A DNA stretch of 32,000 nucleotides from an archaeon (GTDB taxonomy: Archaea > Asgardarchaeota > Thorarchaeia > Thorarchaeales > Thorarchaeaceae). Below are positions 15,969-25,853 of this stretch, piece after piece (the stretch's first letter is position 1; every line of letters starts with the position of its first letter). The notes beneath the pieces are model-generated. The model made no database searches. It was not told where the DNA came from and saw nothing but the letters and a program-made list of their open reading frames with translations. The translations under genes were made by a program, and so were the position numbers. The stretch is from assembly GCA_024275415.1 (NCBI GenBank), contig JAJRZD010000034.1, positions 30,001 through 62,000 of the forward strand, read 5' to 3'.

Positions 15969-17213
15969 TTAGTCATGCCGTTGGAGCTTTCTCCCTAGTG
16001 ATTCCTGATATCCCCACGACCCTGTGACCTTTTTCTTTCTTGCCAGCTCACCAAGCAATTGCCGTGTGCGTGTGTTCAATAATCCGGCAGGCATATTCTC
16101 CCACTCGCTTCCTGGAAGCGGCATGAACACATGGGCGTGAATCTTGGCACCTAGGTTCACCAACTCTCTACACATCTGAAGGCTTGCGTCAACGTCATCT
16201 TGACATTCAAAGGGTAAACCAAAGATCATGTCCACATGCGGGATGAACCCAGCATCTCTTGCGACCTCTACCGCATTCACTCCCTCCTGAACAGTGTGGT
16301 GTCTATTCGCCTGTAGAAGGATCCTGTCACTACCTGACTGCAACCCGATTTGCAGGGTTCTATTGGATACATATCTGCGGACCATCTCCAGTAACTCATG
16401 CGTGACAAACTCAGGTCTGACCTCTGAAGGGAATGAGCCAAAGAAAACATCAATCCCAGTTGCTGCGGTCACATTCTTCAGGAGCCTCTCAAGTTTCTCG
16501 GGTTCAGCCTTTCGTCCTCTCCCGCCATAACACAACGCATTAGGCGACAGGAACCATGTTCTCTCGAAACCCTTTTCCCTTACAGCTCTCTTTAGCCATC
16601 GGGTCACCGACTCCACACCTCTGTGTCGCACGACTCCCCCTGTAAGAAACGGCGTTGCACAGAACTTGCACCTGAAGGGGCATCCCCTTGTCACCTCGAC
16701 TGGACCAACAATGTTCAATCCGATCGCGAAAGGGGGATATTTGTCCAGCACTACTCGTTCGAGTTCTCTTGGGGCTGGGAATACGTGGCTGTCTTGTCCG
16801 ACGATACCCGGTATTGTTGTGGGATCCCTATCGTTATCCATGTGCCATAGAAACTCCCTGAATATGGATTCTCCCTCACCAATTGCAACGTAGTCAAATC
16901 CAATGTCTAAAAGTTCCCCTGGTCTTGAACTGGCATGAGGTCCACCTGCAATCATGACAACATCTTTCCCAAAGCGCCCTCTGGTCGTCTGTAATTCCTC
17001 TTTCACCCTGTCCAGCTGGGTACTCATCACCGAATGAGCTACAATCACACTCCCCTGCTTGAGGCCTTGTTCGATCGCGCGCTCAATAGAACCAATGGGT
17101 GCAATAACCTTGATATGCGTCAGCCGTGGATCCGTTTCGATAGAACCCAGCAAGGCTGCTATACTATATCTTGATGTAGAATGTGCACGGAAGATTAGAG
17201 AATGCAGTCCCAA
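15969..17213 (-). CDS. B12-binding domain/radical SAM protein (MJ1487/TIGR04013-like)
   Basis: IAGGPHAS, GEGE, VEVTRGCPFRCKFCATP, GSFPSEVRPE, IGLQSGSDR.L, H.FMPLPG. Confidence 0.88.
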   Translation of the reverse strand: MGLHSLIFRAHSTSRYSIAALLGSIETDPRLTHIKVIAPIGSIERAIEQGLKQGSVIVAHSVMSTQLDRVKEELQTTRGRFGKDVVMIAGGPHASSRPGELLDIGFDYVAIGEGESIFREFLWHMDNDRDPTTIPGIVGQDSHVFPAPRELERVVLDKYPPFAIGLNIVGPVEVTRGCPFRCKFCATPFLTGGVVRHRGVESVTRWLKRAVREKGFERTWFLSPNALCYGGRGRKAEPEKLERLLKNVTAATGIDVFFGSFPSEVRPEFVTHELLEMVRRYVSNRTLQIGLQSGSDRILLQANRHHTVQEGVNAVEVARDAGFIPHVDMIFGLPFECQDDVDASLQMCRELVNLGAKIHAHVFMPLPGSEWENMPAGLLNTRTRQLLGELARKKKVTGSWGYQESLGRKLQRHD

Positions 17214-17230
17214 TCGTCACACGCGCACTA

Positions 17231-17821
17231 TTATTCAACTACTTTTTCAGTCACACCGTCCTTTGTGACTACCAGCACGCGAATTGCTCCACCGGACTGG
17301 ACATCTCTTTCAATGCCAGCTCGGACTGCATTCACAGCAATCCCTTCTGCATCTTTGACGGTGAGGTTCGGTCGGTAGTCCTTCTCCAGCACCCCATAGG
17401 CAGTTCTTACACCAGTGCCTGTGGCAGTGAACTCATCAGGTATCAGCGAACCTCCCATATCAAGGGTATAAAGGGCTGGTCCATCCTTGTCCACGCCTAC
17501 AATGACCGTCTGAACATAAAGCGGCATGAAACGGCGTGCGTAAAGTGTGTTTGCTACCATCTTGGACAGGGCCTTTACTGTGATTGGTTTCTTGTTGTCT
17601 AGCTCATAGAGCCTGATCTGTGCCCTGAGCCGGTTGACCAGCATCTGGTAATCTGAGGTCAGACCAGCCGATGCCAACACTATCGTGTCTGTAAGTTTGA
17701 AGGCTTTCACTCCCTTGTTGGTGAGAACCAACGTTCCCCAACTAACGAGCGAGTCGGTGGCCACCACTGTTCCGTCCGTACACTTTATTCCTACTACTGT
17801 AGCACCTGTGGGTAGACTCAT
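17231..17821 (-). CDS. psmB: Proteasome beta subunit, predicted non-catalytic (Thr1 replaced by Ala)
   Basis: MSLPTG-ATVVGIKCTDGTVVATD...; FTATGTG...AYGVLE..Y; ERDVQSG. ATG 17821 gives a short propeptide. Confidence 0.93.
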   Translation of the reverse strand: MSLPTGATVVGIKCTDGTVVATDSLVSWGTLVLTNKGVKAFKLTDTIVLASAGLTSDYQMLVNRLRAQIRLYELDNKKPITVKALSKMVANTLYARRFMPLYVQTVIVGVDKDGPALYTLDMGGSLIPDEFTATGTGVRTAYGVLEKDYRPNLTVKDAEGIAVNAVRAGIERDVQSGGAIRVLVVTKDGVTEKVVE

Positions 17822-18018
17822 CTTTGGCCCAATCCTCCGTGGAGAATATTTCTCTAGTACCACGCCCAAATCTTTCAATCCTTTTAAAAGATATGACTTG
17901 TACGCCTTTTCAGCGAGTTCTTATCTTTGTACTTTTATTGACTTTACATGTGCCGATACAATAGTTTCTAAAAGATGTCCGATGAACTGACAGATGCCTC
18001 CTCGAGAGTGATGATACT

Positions 18019-19098
18019 GTGAGCGCATTGAATCCCTTCAAAAGAATCCCGACCATAATGCGGGCAGAAGAGATTGTTGAATACGCTCACAGCAGATCTG
18101 TCAAGGTCAGTGTGAAAAGCTCGAGGATGATTGAGAAAGTCGAAAGAGCAAGGATTCGCGAGGTAGCCAGACTTCAAGAGTTCTCACGCAATGTAAAGAC
18201 CAAACTCAGGGACGCAGTAGAGGAGTTCCCCAGTATCGACCGGCTCCATCCATTCTATCTCGAACTCACTGATATCCTTGTGGGAATTGATAGGCTAAAA
18301 CAGGCCCTTGGTGCTATTTACAACTGTATCCCCCCTATCGAGGAGATAACCCGCACCCATCTTGAGGCACTCAAGCTTGGACAAGATTACAAACAATTGA
18401 AGCGTACCCGCAGTGCTGCCAAGGGACGGATATCTTCTATCATACGCGGTACTGCTGACAACCTAGATTTTATTATTGAAGCCAAGAAAAAGCTTGCAAC
18501 GCTACCAGGTATCCTTCCAAACTCTCCAACCATCGTCTGTGCTGGGTTTCCGAATGTTGGCAAATCGACGCTGGTGAGGACCGTTTCTACTGCCGAGCCC
18601 GAAATCGCATACTACCCTTTCACCACAAAACGTGTCATCCTAGGTCACCTCAAGGTACGTGACTATAGGGTGCAGATTGTTGACACACCAGGGCTACTAG
18701 ATAGACCCATGAGCAAGCGAAACGATATTGAGCGACAGGCGGTCACGGCTCTGAAGTACCTCGCTCATGTCATCATATTCATGCTTGATCCTTCTGAGGC
18801 ATGTGGTTGGTCGATGGATGACCAACTCAATCTGCTCAGGGAAGTCCAACGGATGTTCCCAATAATCCCGATTCTTATCACGCTTAACAAGACCGATATC
18901 ACTCCTCCTGACAAACTGGCTGAGGCACGGAGGGCAGTGCCAAATGCCTACGAGATCAATGCTATTGATGGTACTGGAGTGGATGTCCTATTACAGGATG
19001 CTGTTGAGGAGGTCGACCTCGTTTCTCTTCAGGAAGAGATTGACGAACACATCGGGTCATTGACCGGAAGAGAATCCAATACCTTTGACCGTGATTAA
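18019..19098 (+). CDS. NOG1-family GTP-binding protein
   Basis: FP.IDRLHPFY.EL, GFPNVGKST, YPFTTK, DTPGLLDRP...RN.IE.QA, NKTD. Confidence 0.93.
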   Translation: MSALNPFKRIPTIMRAEEIVEYAHSRSVKVSVKSSRMIEKVERARIREVARLQEFSRNVKTKLRDAVEEFPSIDRLHPFYLELTDILVGIDRLKQALGAIYNCIPPIEEITRTHLEALKLGQDYKQLKRTRSAAKGRISSIIRGTADNLDFIIEAKKKLATLPGILPNSPTIVCAGFPNVGKSTLVRTVSTAEPEIAYYPFTTKRVILGHLKVRDYRVQIVDTPGLLDRPMSKRNDIERQAVTALKYLAHVIIFMLDPSEACGWSMDDQLNLLREVQRMFPIIPILITLNKTDITPPDKLAEARRAVPNAYEINAIDGTGVDVLLQDAVEEVDLVSLQEEIDEHIGSLTGRESNTFDRD

Positions 19099-20142
19099 AC
19101 CTGTACTACCAGGTGCCCCTTCAAGAGCAATGTCAACATCAAGGATTCTCTTTGCAGCCCAGATGTTTGTTTCAAGGTGAGATGTTATCCTAGTCACTCC
19201 TATCTTGCTTACTCCCTTTGCAAGCACAACATATGGGACTAGCATGTCCGCAATATGAGAATCCACTGCCCTCCTTGTTTCCAACTCATCAATCAGTTTC
19301 GATGCAGCTTCGACACCAACCTCCTCAGCACGTTTTCCCCTTGATCCCAGCAAATCCGCTCCAACCCGCAGCCCCTTTTCCGACTCTGCCCAAAGAACAA
19401 TCCCGCTTCCAGGACCCAAGTGTGGATCACTATTTCGAGGATAGGACTCTCTAACAATAGTGTCTATGGGCAGACCTTTTTTCACAAGGACTCGCTCAGC
19501 CGCTTTTGCTTGGCGATCTGCAATATGCGAAGGAAGCCTGACGCAATGTGATATCCCTGAGATTCCCTTCAGACGACCGAATTCCACAAGATCAACATTT
19601 GAGATACTATCACAAGGTGTGATGCCCACAGAAACTAGCCCTCCTCCCTTTGGATAATGTCCTCTTCTTCTCATGACGATTTCCACATCAGGCCCCATCC
19701 TCCTAATGATTGGCAAGAATACCTCTTGCACATAATCGATAGGGGGGCTCCACGACACATCAGTGCCTCCTTTCAATTCGAGTCTGATTGTCCCTCCTGA
19801 CAGAATGGCTGGAGGAAGGACAGCCTGTAGGAGTAATGATATCGACCCCGCTGTACCAATATCATACCTGAATCTCCCACTGGCTCTCTCAGAAGGGATA
19901 AACTCAATCTCGGTGCTACCCTCTTTAAGCCCTCTCACCTTTGCGTTCACTAGTTGAGCGGTCAGGTCTATAGATGCCATGTGCTGACGTTTCAGCCCTG
20001 GCTTTGGTCTTCCTGCACGAATCTTCGTTATCCGTACGGGTTTGAGTGTCAGAGCAGATAGGGAAACAGATGTTCGAAGAATCTGTCCGCCACCTTCTCC
20101 GTATGAACCGTCAATCTCGATCATTTCATTGAAACCTGCCAT
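19057..20142 (-). CDS. rtcA: RNA 3'-terminal phosphate cyclase
   Basis: IDGSYGEGGGQILRT, IRA.RP.PGL..QH, GTAGSI.L..Q, GGTDV.WSP, RGHYPKGGG, SHCVRLP.H, D.H..D.L. Confidence 0.96.
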   Translation of the reverse strand: MAGFNEMIEIDGSYGEGGGQILRTSVSLSALTLKPVRITKIRAGRPKPGLKRQHMASIDLTAQLVNAKVRGLKEGSTEIEFIPSERASGRFRYDIGTAGSISLLLQAVLPPAILSGGTIRLELKGGTDVSWSPPIDYVQEVFLPIIRRMGPDVEIVMRRRGHYPKGGGLVSVGITPCDSISNVDLVEFGRLKGISGISHCVRLPSHIADRQAKAAERVLVKKGLPIDTIVRESYPRNSDPHLGPGSGIVLWAESEKGLRVGADLLGSRGKRAEEVGVEAASKLIDELETRRAVDSHIADMLVPYVVLAKGVSKIGVTRITSHLETNIWAAKRILDVDIALEGAPGSTGLITVKGIGFSSGQ

Positions 20143-20209
20143 TGTAGGAGTAACCTTGCTGGTTAAGAATCCTTATTTACTACCTATTCTTCTGACTTGG
20201 GCGATAGCG

Positions 20210-20734
20210 ATGCGTTCTATATTCATTGGAAGATTCCAACCATTTCATCTAGGACATCTTCACACCATAAAGCAGATTATTGACAAAGGAGAGTCACTCA
20301 TCATTGCAATTGGCAGCTCCCAGCACTCTCACACACCCAACAACCCGTTCACGGGGGGAGAACGAGTGATGATGATCAAGCGTGTACTTATGGACGAAAA
20401 CATACCACTGGAACGAGTTGATATAGTTCCCATCAGTGACATCAACATCAATCCCTTATGGATTGCCCATCTCAAGACATACGTTCCCTATTTTGACAAG
20501 GCATACTCGCACAACACCCTTGTCCAACGGCTCTTCAGAGATGCTGGCATCAAACTTGATGAAACCGCACTCCTGGAACGCACCTCCTACAGCGCAAACC
20601 ACATTCGCGACCTTATCCGATGGGGCAATGATGAATGGAAAACACTGGTTCCGCCTGCTGTGGTAGAGATTATGGAGGAATACGAACTTGACCAACGAAT
20701 TCGGGATGTGGGGAACAATACCACCAAACGATAG
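20210..20734 (+). CDS. nadM: Nicotinamide-nucleotide adenylyltransferase
   Basis: From ATG 20210: FIGRFQPFHLGH, IGSSQ.SHT..NPFT.GER, SANHIR. Confidence 0.94.
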   Translation: MRSIFIGRFQPFHLGHLHTIKQIIDKGESLIIAIGSSQHSHTPNNPFTGGERVMMIKRVLMDENIPLERVDIVPISDININPLWIAHLKTYVPYFDKAYSHNTLVQRLFRDAGIKLDETALLERTSYSANHIRDLIRWGNDEWKTLVPPAVVEIMEEYELDQRIRDVGNNTTKR

Positions 20735-20884
20735 GTTGCCTACAGCAGACTTTAAATAAGAACCACATGGACACATAACTTGGTGAACGTTATGCTAGGT
20801 GATTGCGTTCCGAATACCCACTAGTCTGATTTTCTGTCCTAGCCGATTCCAGATTACTCAGAACAAAGCAAGTGAGAAGATACT

Positions 20885-22369
20885 ATGAGCGGTCGTGACG
20901 AGAAACCCGACACAAAACAGGTCATTTTCAACATCAGCAAAGAACATAATTTTCCCGAGTGGTACAGTGAGATCTGCAAGGTTGCTGAACTGGCTGACAT
21001 CCGTTATAATGTCAAGGGGTTCACACCGTTCTTGCCTTGGAGCATGATGTCCATGAACCTTATGTTCGACTATCTCGAAGCAAACCTTCAAGAGAAGGGG
21101 CATCTGCCCATGTTATTTCCAACTGTGATTCCTGAAAGCAATCTGACCAAGGAAGCAGAACATGTAGAAGGCTTCACTCCTCAAGTCTTCTGGATTAGAG
21201 AGATTGGCGATGGACAGAAATTGGAAGAAGCACTCGCATTGAGACCTACTAGTGAAACTGCGATATATCCCATGTACTCACTATGGGTTCGAAGCTGGCG
21301 AGATTTGCCAATGAAAAGATATCAGCGTTGCACGGTGTTCCGATCAGAAGTCAAGAGTACACGACCATTCCTCCGAGGAAGGGAGTTCCTATGGATTGAA
21401 AGCCACAATGTCTTTGCTACTCATCAAGATGCATTGAATCAGGTAATGGAAGACCTCGAAATCACAAAGGAAGTGGTCACAGGCGATTTTGGTATCCCTG
21501 TCATGGTGTTCAAACGAACTCAATGGGACAAATTCCCAGGAGGTCTCAATACCTATGCAGCTGACACCCTTATGCCTGATGGAAAAGTGATTCAATTGCC
21601 ATCCACTCATGACTTAGGTGACAATTTTGCAAGAGCTTTTGATGTTAAGTATCTCAACGAAGAGAACGAGATGGTGTATGCTTGGCAGACATGCTATGGG
21701 CCTGCCATATCACGAATCTACGGTGCGATGATTTCAATCCACGGGGATGACAAGGGTCTCAGGATTCCCTATAAGATTGCACCCTATCAGGTCGTCATCG
21801 TGCCAATCTTCAAGGACAAGACCAAGGATGAAGTTATGAAGTATTGCAGGAACATCGAGAAGACCCTCCGGAAAGCTGGCATCCGTGTACACCTTGATGA
21901 CACTGATCAGACACCAGGATGGAAATTCAACTTCTGGGAAATGAAGGGGGTTCCCATCAGGATTGAAGCTGGTCCTCGAGACCTCAAGGAGAAAAAAGTT
22001 GTAGCACTACGCAGGGACACGATGGAACGAGAGAGTTTCGACCTTACATCTCTCAAGAAGAGGATTCCCAAGCTTGGCGGGGCGATTGATGCCAACCTTC
22101 GTTCGATTGCCGAATCCAAGTTTGAGGGCCTTATTGTTGATGCCGATTCAATAGGCGCCATCGAGGATGCTCTCAGCAACGGGAAAATCGCGCGGGTGCC
22201 ATTCTGTACCACCGAGATGGAAGGTCAGGGATGCGGCGACGAAATCAAAGATCGGACGGGTGGAGAGGTTCGCGGTACTAGGATTGACATTGACGACCCT
22301 CTCGTTGGAGTTTGTGTTGTATGTGGCAAGGCAGCAAGTGAAATGGTCTATGTTGCACGCTCCTACTAG
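20885..22369 (+). CDS. proS: Proline--tRNA ligase, archaeal/eukaryotic type
   Basis: KEAEHVEGF.P, LRPTSET, SWRDLP, FR.E...TRPFLR.REFLW.E, H.LG.NF, C-terminal Zn domain ending ARSY. Confidence 0.97.
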   Translation: MSGRDEKPDTKQVIFNISKEHNFPEWYSEICKVAELADIRYNVKGFTPFLPWSMMSMNLMFDYLEANLQEKGHLPMLFPTVIPESNLTKEAEHVEGFTPQVFWIREIGDGQKLEEALALRPTSETAIYPMYSLWVRSWRDLPMKRYQRCTVFRSEVKSTRPFLRGREFLWIESHNVFATHQDALNQVMEDLEITKEVVTGDFGIPVMVFKRTQWDKFPGGLNTYAADTLMPDGKVIQLPSTHDLGDNFARAFDVKYLNEENEMVYAWQTCYGPAISRIYGAMISIHGDDKGLRIPYKIAPYQVVIVPIFKDKTKDEVMKYCRNIEKTLRKAGIRVHLDDTDQTPGWKFNFWEMKGVPIRIEAGPRDLKEKKVVALRRDTMERESFDLTSLKKRIPKLGGAIDANLRSIAESKFEGLIVDADSIGAIEDALSNGKIARVPFCTTEMEGQGCGDEIKDRTGGEVRGTRIDIDDPLVGVCVVCGKAASEMVYVARSY

Positions 22370-22458
22370 GTTGTGGATAAGGTCAGATGGCTGTTTCATG
22401 CCTCTGACCAAACCTTTTCTTGATGAAGCCATCTCATTCATAATGGAAATCACTCCCT

Positions 22459-23457
22459 ATGGCGATTATCATGAAAATCCTCGTTCCCTATCCTGATGAA
22501 ACCGCCCAAAAGATCAAAGATATTGTTGGGCATGAAGCTGAGGTTGTCGTGTCTGAGCGGACTGTAGCGGACATGCTTAAAGTAGGTGGTGATGCCGAAG
22601 TCATCGCCTCTGGCAGAGTTCCCGCCGAGTTCATCCGCAAAGCGAGATCCCTTCGGATGATACAATCTTTTGGTGCAGGAATTGACAAGATTGACCATGA
22701 TGCTGTTCTTGAACGGGGGGATGTGATTGTCTGTAACAATCATGCGAACGCGGCCGAGGTCGCAGAATACGCGATTATGCTCCTGTTGGCGACTGCGAAG
22801 CATATCGTCTTTTCTGACCGTCAATTACGACAAGGGGACTGGGCGATGGCATGGGGTGGCCCCCTGCCCAACCACGAGCTACGTAACAAGACCTGTCTGA
22901 TTGTAGGTTTCGGGCATATCGGACGAGAGATTGCAAAGAGGCTTCGAGCGTTCGATATGTATATGGTTGCAGCAACAAGATCCGGGCGCACTGACCATCA
23001 AGAATTAGTAGATGAAGTCATGAGCAGTAAGGACATTATCCCAATTCTCAAAGATGTCGATTATGTCATCCTCTCTCTCCCCTTGACCACAGAATCGAGG
23101 CATTTGGTCGATAGCAAGTTTCTTTCCGAGATGAAGAGTAGTTCGGTTCTTGTCAATATTTCCCGTGGCCATATCATTGAGGAATCTGCCCTTTATCGAG
23201 CTCTCAGTGAACGAACGATTGCTGGGGCTGGTCTTGATGTCTGGTGGGACTATCCATCTAAATGGGGTTCTTCAGGGAAATTACCCTCCGAGAACTACCC
23301 GTTCCATGATCTTGATAATGTGGTGCTATCTCCTCACCGTGCTGCATATTCTGAGAACATTGTACAGGAACAGTTCCAGTTCGCTGGAGAGAATATTCTT
23401 CGATTCGTCCGCGGCGAAACGCCACTCAATATTGTAGACTTGACGCTGGGCTACTGA
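22459..23457 (+). CDS. D-2-hydroxyacid dehydrogenase (NAD-binding)
   Basis: GAGIDKID, VAEYA, IVGFGHIG, LPLT.E...L, NISRG..I.E.AL, GAGLDVWW, SPHRA. Confidence 0.93.
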   Translation: MAIIMKILVPYPDETAQKIKDIVGHEAEVVVSERTVADMLKVGGDAEVIASGRVPAEFIRKARSLRMIQSFGAGIDKIDHDAVLERGDVIVCNNHANAAEVAEYAIMLLLATAKHIVFSDRQLRQGDWAMAWGGPLPNHELRNKTCLIVGFGHIGREIAKRLRAFDMYMVAATRSGRTDHQELVDEVMSSKDIIPILKDVDYVILSLPLTTESRHLVDSKFLSEMKSSSVLVNISRGHIIEESALYRALSERTIAGAGLDVWWDYPSKWGSSGKLPSENYPFHDLDNVVLSPHRAAYSENIVQEQFQFAGENILRFVRGETPLNIVDLTLGY

Positions 23458-23512
23458 ATCAGCGAAAACAATGAGGAGTTTTTCAATAGTTTTACCTAAT
23501 CTAATGGCAAGC

Positions 23513-23542
23513 AGGTACTCTTAGAGGTCATTCCGAGTACCT
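23513..23542. repeat. 8-bp perfect inverted repeat AGGTACTC-N14-GAGTACCT in the intergenic region upstream of the MutS-like gene
   Basis: Seen directly; function (terminator or operator) unknown. Confidence 0.4.
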
Positions 23543-23640
23543 AAAGGAGGCAGACCACAATATCTCATTTCGTCCGAGAGTCAAACCTTTTAGGGCAGTC
23601 CCTTGACAAAACATTCGAACGCTACTCAGGGGAAGTCACG

Positions 23641-25830
23641 TTGAACATAGAACAAATCTCTGATATTCCTGGTGTTGGTGAGAAAGTCCGAGGAGCTTTG
23701 GTGGATCACTTTGGGTCAGAGTCTGTGGCATTGAAGGTCATCTTAGACTCACGAGTGGATCTTGTTGCAGCCGTCCCGGGGATTGGTGCACGGCAAGCTG
23801 TTAACATCGTGAAAGCCGCATATGAATCACGTTTCGGCGTGAGTTCCAATACCATTCTCAGGAGCCCTGACATCAGAAAAATATTCGAGCAAGTGCTTGA
23901 CATCATCAGGAGCTACGCCAATACAGTCTATGCCAAAGACAAGCTTTTCCTGTACTTTCCGCTACCCCCTGATAGATTAGAGGAGATTGAGAATCGACAG
24001 GCTTACTTTGCTGATGCATCAGCAATGGCCAGATCATTGTCGCCCGAGCAGCGAGAAATCATCTGCAGAAACCTTTCCCAGATCAGAGGGTTGTTCAGGA
24101 GAATAAAACCAAAGCGCATCGAAGGGAGAGTCGTACTCACCAATGATGACAAGACTTTCGACAAGCTGATTGCTGAAGGAGTTGAGAAGTGGTGTCCAGC
24201 ATATCTCCTTTCTGAAGGTGAGAGCGCAGCTGATTATGCCCAAGGGTACGATCTTGTCTTCTACATCTCGCCCTTCGGGTTCTACGACAGCTCTGTGGAC
24301 ATGCTTGACAATGTAGAGGCACTTGGGAAGGATTGGAGCATTGCAGATGTTCTCCCAGAATACACTGTCGGTTTCTATTCCCGCAACTATAGGGTCATTG
24401 ATGCTGCTTGCAAACTGGCAGAGGAATTCAAAGAGATTCCTACGAACGAGTCTGTGCGGAAGTTCATCCAAGACATAGACTTCGAGGATTTGATGAAAGT
24501 AGGAGAAATCCTGAGCAACCTGAATGAAGATGGGGACATCGCGACCGGCGTTGATCCCGAACTCGATAGATACAGGAAAGCGGTCAAGGCATATCCTACC
24601 GCCATTGCGGAAATGGAATCATGGCTAAATGAGCAAATTACCACTCGTATTTCAAAGAGCCAAATAACTCTCGGCGGTCAACAAATCATCAGCATCCTGC
24701 AGTCCGCAGATATGGAAGGCGCAGATGCAGGTGCCATGAGAAATATGCTTCCTGCTGAGATCATTGAAACATTTGCCAATACGATTCAAGAGGCTGAAGA
24801 GAGGCTGGTCAACGAGCTGGGACTCACACCACGAGAAGCAGATTGGGTGACAGGAATAATCAGTGAGGAAATCGCGTTGCCTGTCAAGCTAGTAATGACA
24901 CAAGTCAATGACCTTGAGGACAAGCTGAGACGGAAATATGCCGATAAGCAATTCCGACTTATTAAGAAGTACGCCAGCGATTTGGAAAAACTCCGCGAAT
25001 CTGTCACCAAGGCTGTCCAAACACTCTTGGAATTTGATTTATTCCTTGCTGTAGGGCTTTTCTCTGCGGACTATGATTTGAAACGCCCGACCCTAACCCT
25101 AGAATATTCTGGAATCGGGGTCAGGGGTGCTAGGAACATATTCTTGGTTGAGAGTATGCTCAAGGGACGCCATGGCACAGTGCAACCGATTGAGTATGTA
25201 ATAGGAAACACTCCACTACGCCTTCCCGGGACGAATGGTGAGAACTGTGCAATACTTTCGGGCGCAAATAGTGGAGGGAAGACAACGACAATCCAGACCC
25301 TAGCTCAAATAGCGACGCTCGCCCAGACTGGATTTCCCGTCCCCGCCGCCGAAACGATACTAAGCCCCTTTGAGGAGATCTTTTTCTTCTACAAAAGCAG
25401 AGGAATGGTGAGTGCGGGTGCTTTTGAAACGACACTCAAGCAGTTTGCTGACATTGTGGTATCAGAAAAGGCCAAATTGGCGCTCTTCGATGAGGTCGAA
25501 GCCATTACAGAGCCTGGCAGTGCGGCCAATGTCATTGCCGGACTGATAGAGATCCTTCAACAGGATCCGAAAAGCTGCACTGTCATATGCAGTCATCTTG
25601 CGAAGGAGATCGAAGCAGCTACTAGCGTGCCCATCAGGATAGACGGGATTGAGGCGCAAGGGTTGGACGAGAATCTTGAACTGATAGTGGACAGGACTCC
25701 CCGTTTCGGTGTTCTGGCAAGGAGTACTCCAGAACTGATTGTCGAAAGGCTATCGAAGCTCGCAAAGGGGAAGAAAAAGGCAGTCTATGACAAGATTCTT
25801 GAGAATCTTAGCAAGGAGCGTATTGAATAG
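23641..25830 (+). CDS. Archaeal MutS5-like ATPase (N-terminal helix-hairpin-helix, C-terminal MutS ATPase domain)
   Basis: IPGVGEK and VPGIG HhH motifs; Walker A GANSGGKTT; SAGAFE; Walker B LFDEVEAITEPG; SHL. No mismatch-recognition domain or Smr domain evident. Confidence 0.88.
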   Translation: MNIEQISDIPGVGEKVRGALVDHFGSESVALKVILDSRVDLVAAVPGIGARQAVNIVKAAYESRFGVSSNTILRSPDIRKIFEQVLDIIRSYANTVYAKDKLFLYFPLPPDRLEEIENRQAYFADASAMARSLSPEQREIICRNLSQIRGLFRRIKPKRIEGRVVLTNDDKTFDKLIAEGVEKWCPAYLLSEGESAADYAQGYDLVFYISPFGFYDSSVDMLDNVEALGKDWSIADVLPEYTVGFYSRNYRVIDAACKLAEEFKEIPTNESVRKFIQDIDFEDLMKVGEILSNLNEDGDIATGVDPELDRYRKAVKAYPTAIAEMESWLNEQITTRISKSQITLGGQQIISILQSADMEGADAGAMRNMLPAEIIETFANTIQEAEERLVNELGLTPREADWVTGIISEEIALPVKLVMTQVNDLEDKLRRKYADKQFRLIKKYASDLEKLRESVTKAVQTLLEFDLFLAVGLFSADYDLKRPTLTLEYSGIGVRGARNIFLVESMLKGRHGTVQPIEYVIGNTPLRLPGTNGENCAILSGANSGGKTTTIQTLAQIATLAQTGFPVPAAETILSPFEEIFFFYKSRGMVSAGAFETTLKQFADIVVSEKAKLALFDEVEAITEPGSAANVIAGLIEILQQDPKSCTVICSHLAKEIEAATSVPIRIDGIEAQGLDENLELIVDRTPRFGVLARSTPELIVERLSKLAKGKKKAVYDKILENLSKERIE

Positions 25831-25853
25831 ACTTGATCATGGACGTGTGATCA

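Noticed and set aside
19057-19098. Convergent 3' overlaps (nog1/rtcA 42 nt; pcm/ribK 12 nt)
   Set aside because: Common in compact archaeal genomes; no evidence of special function.
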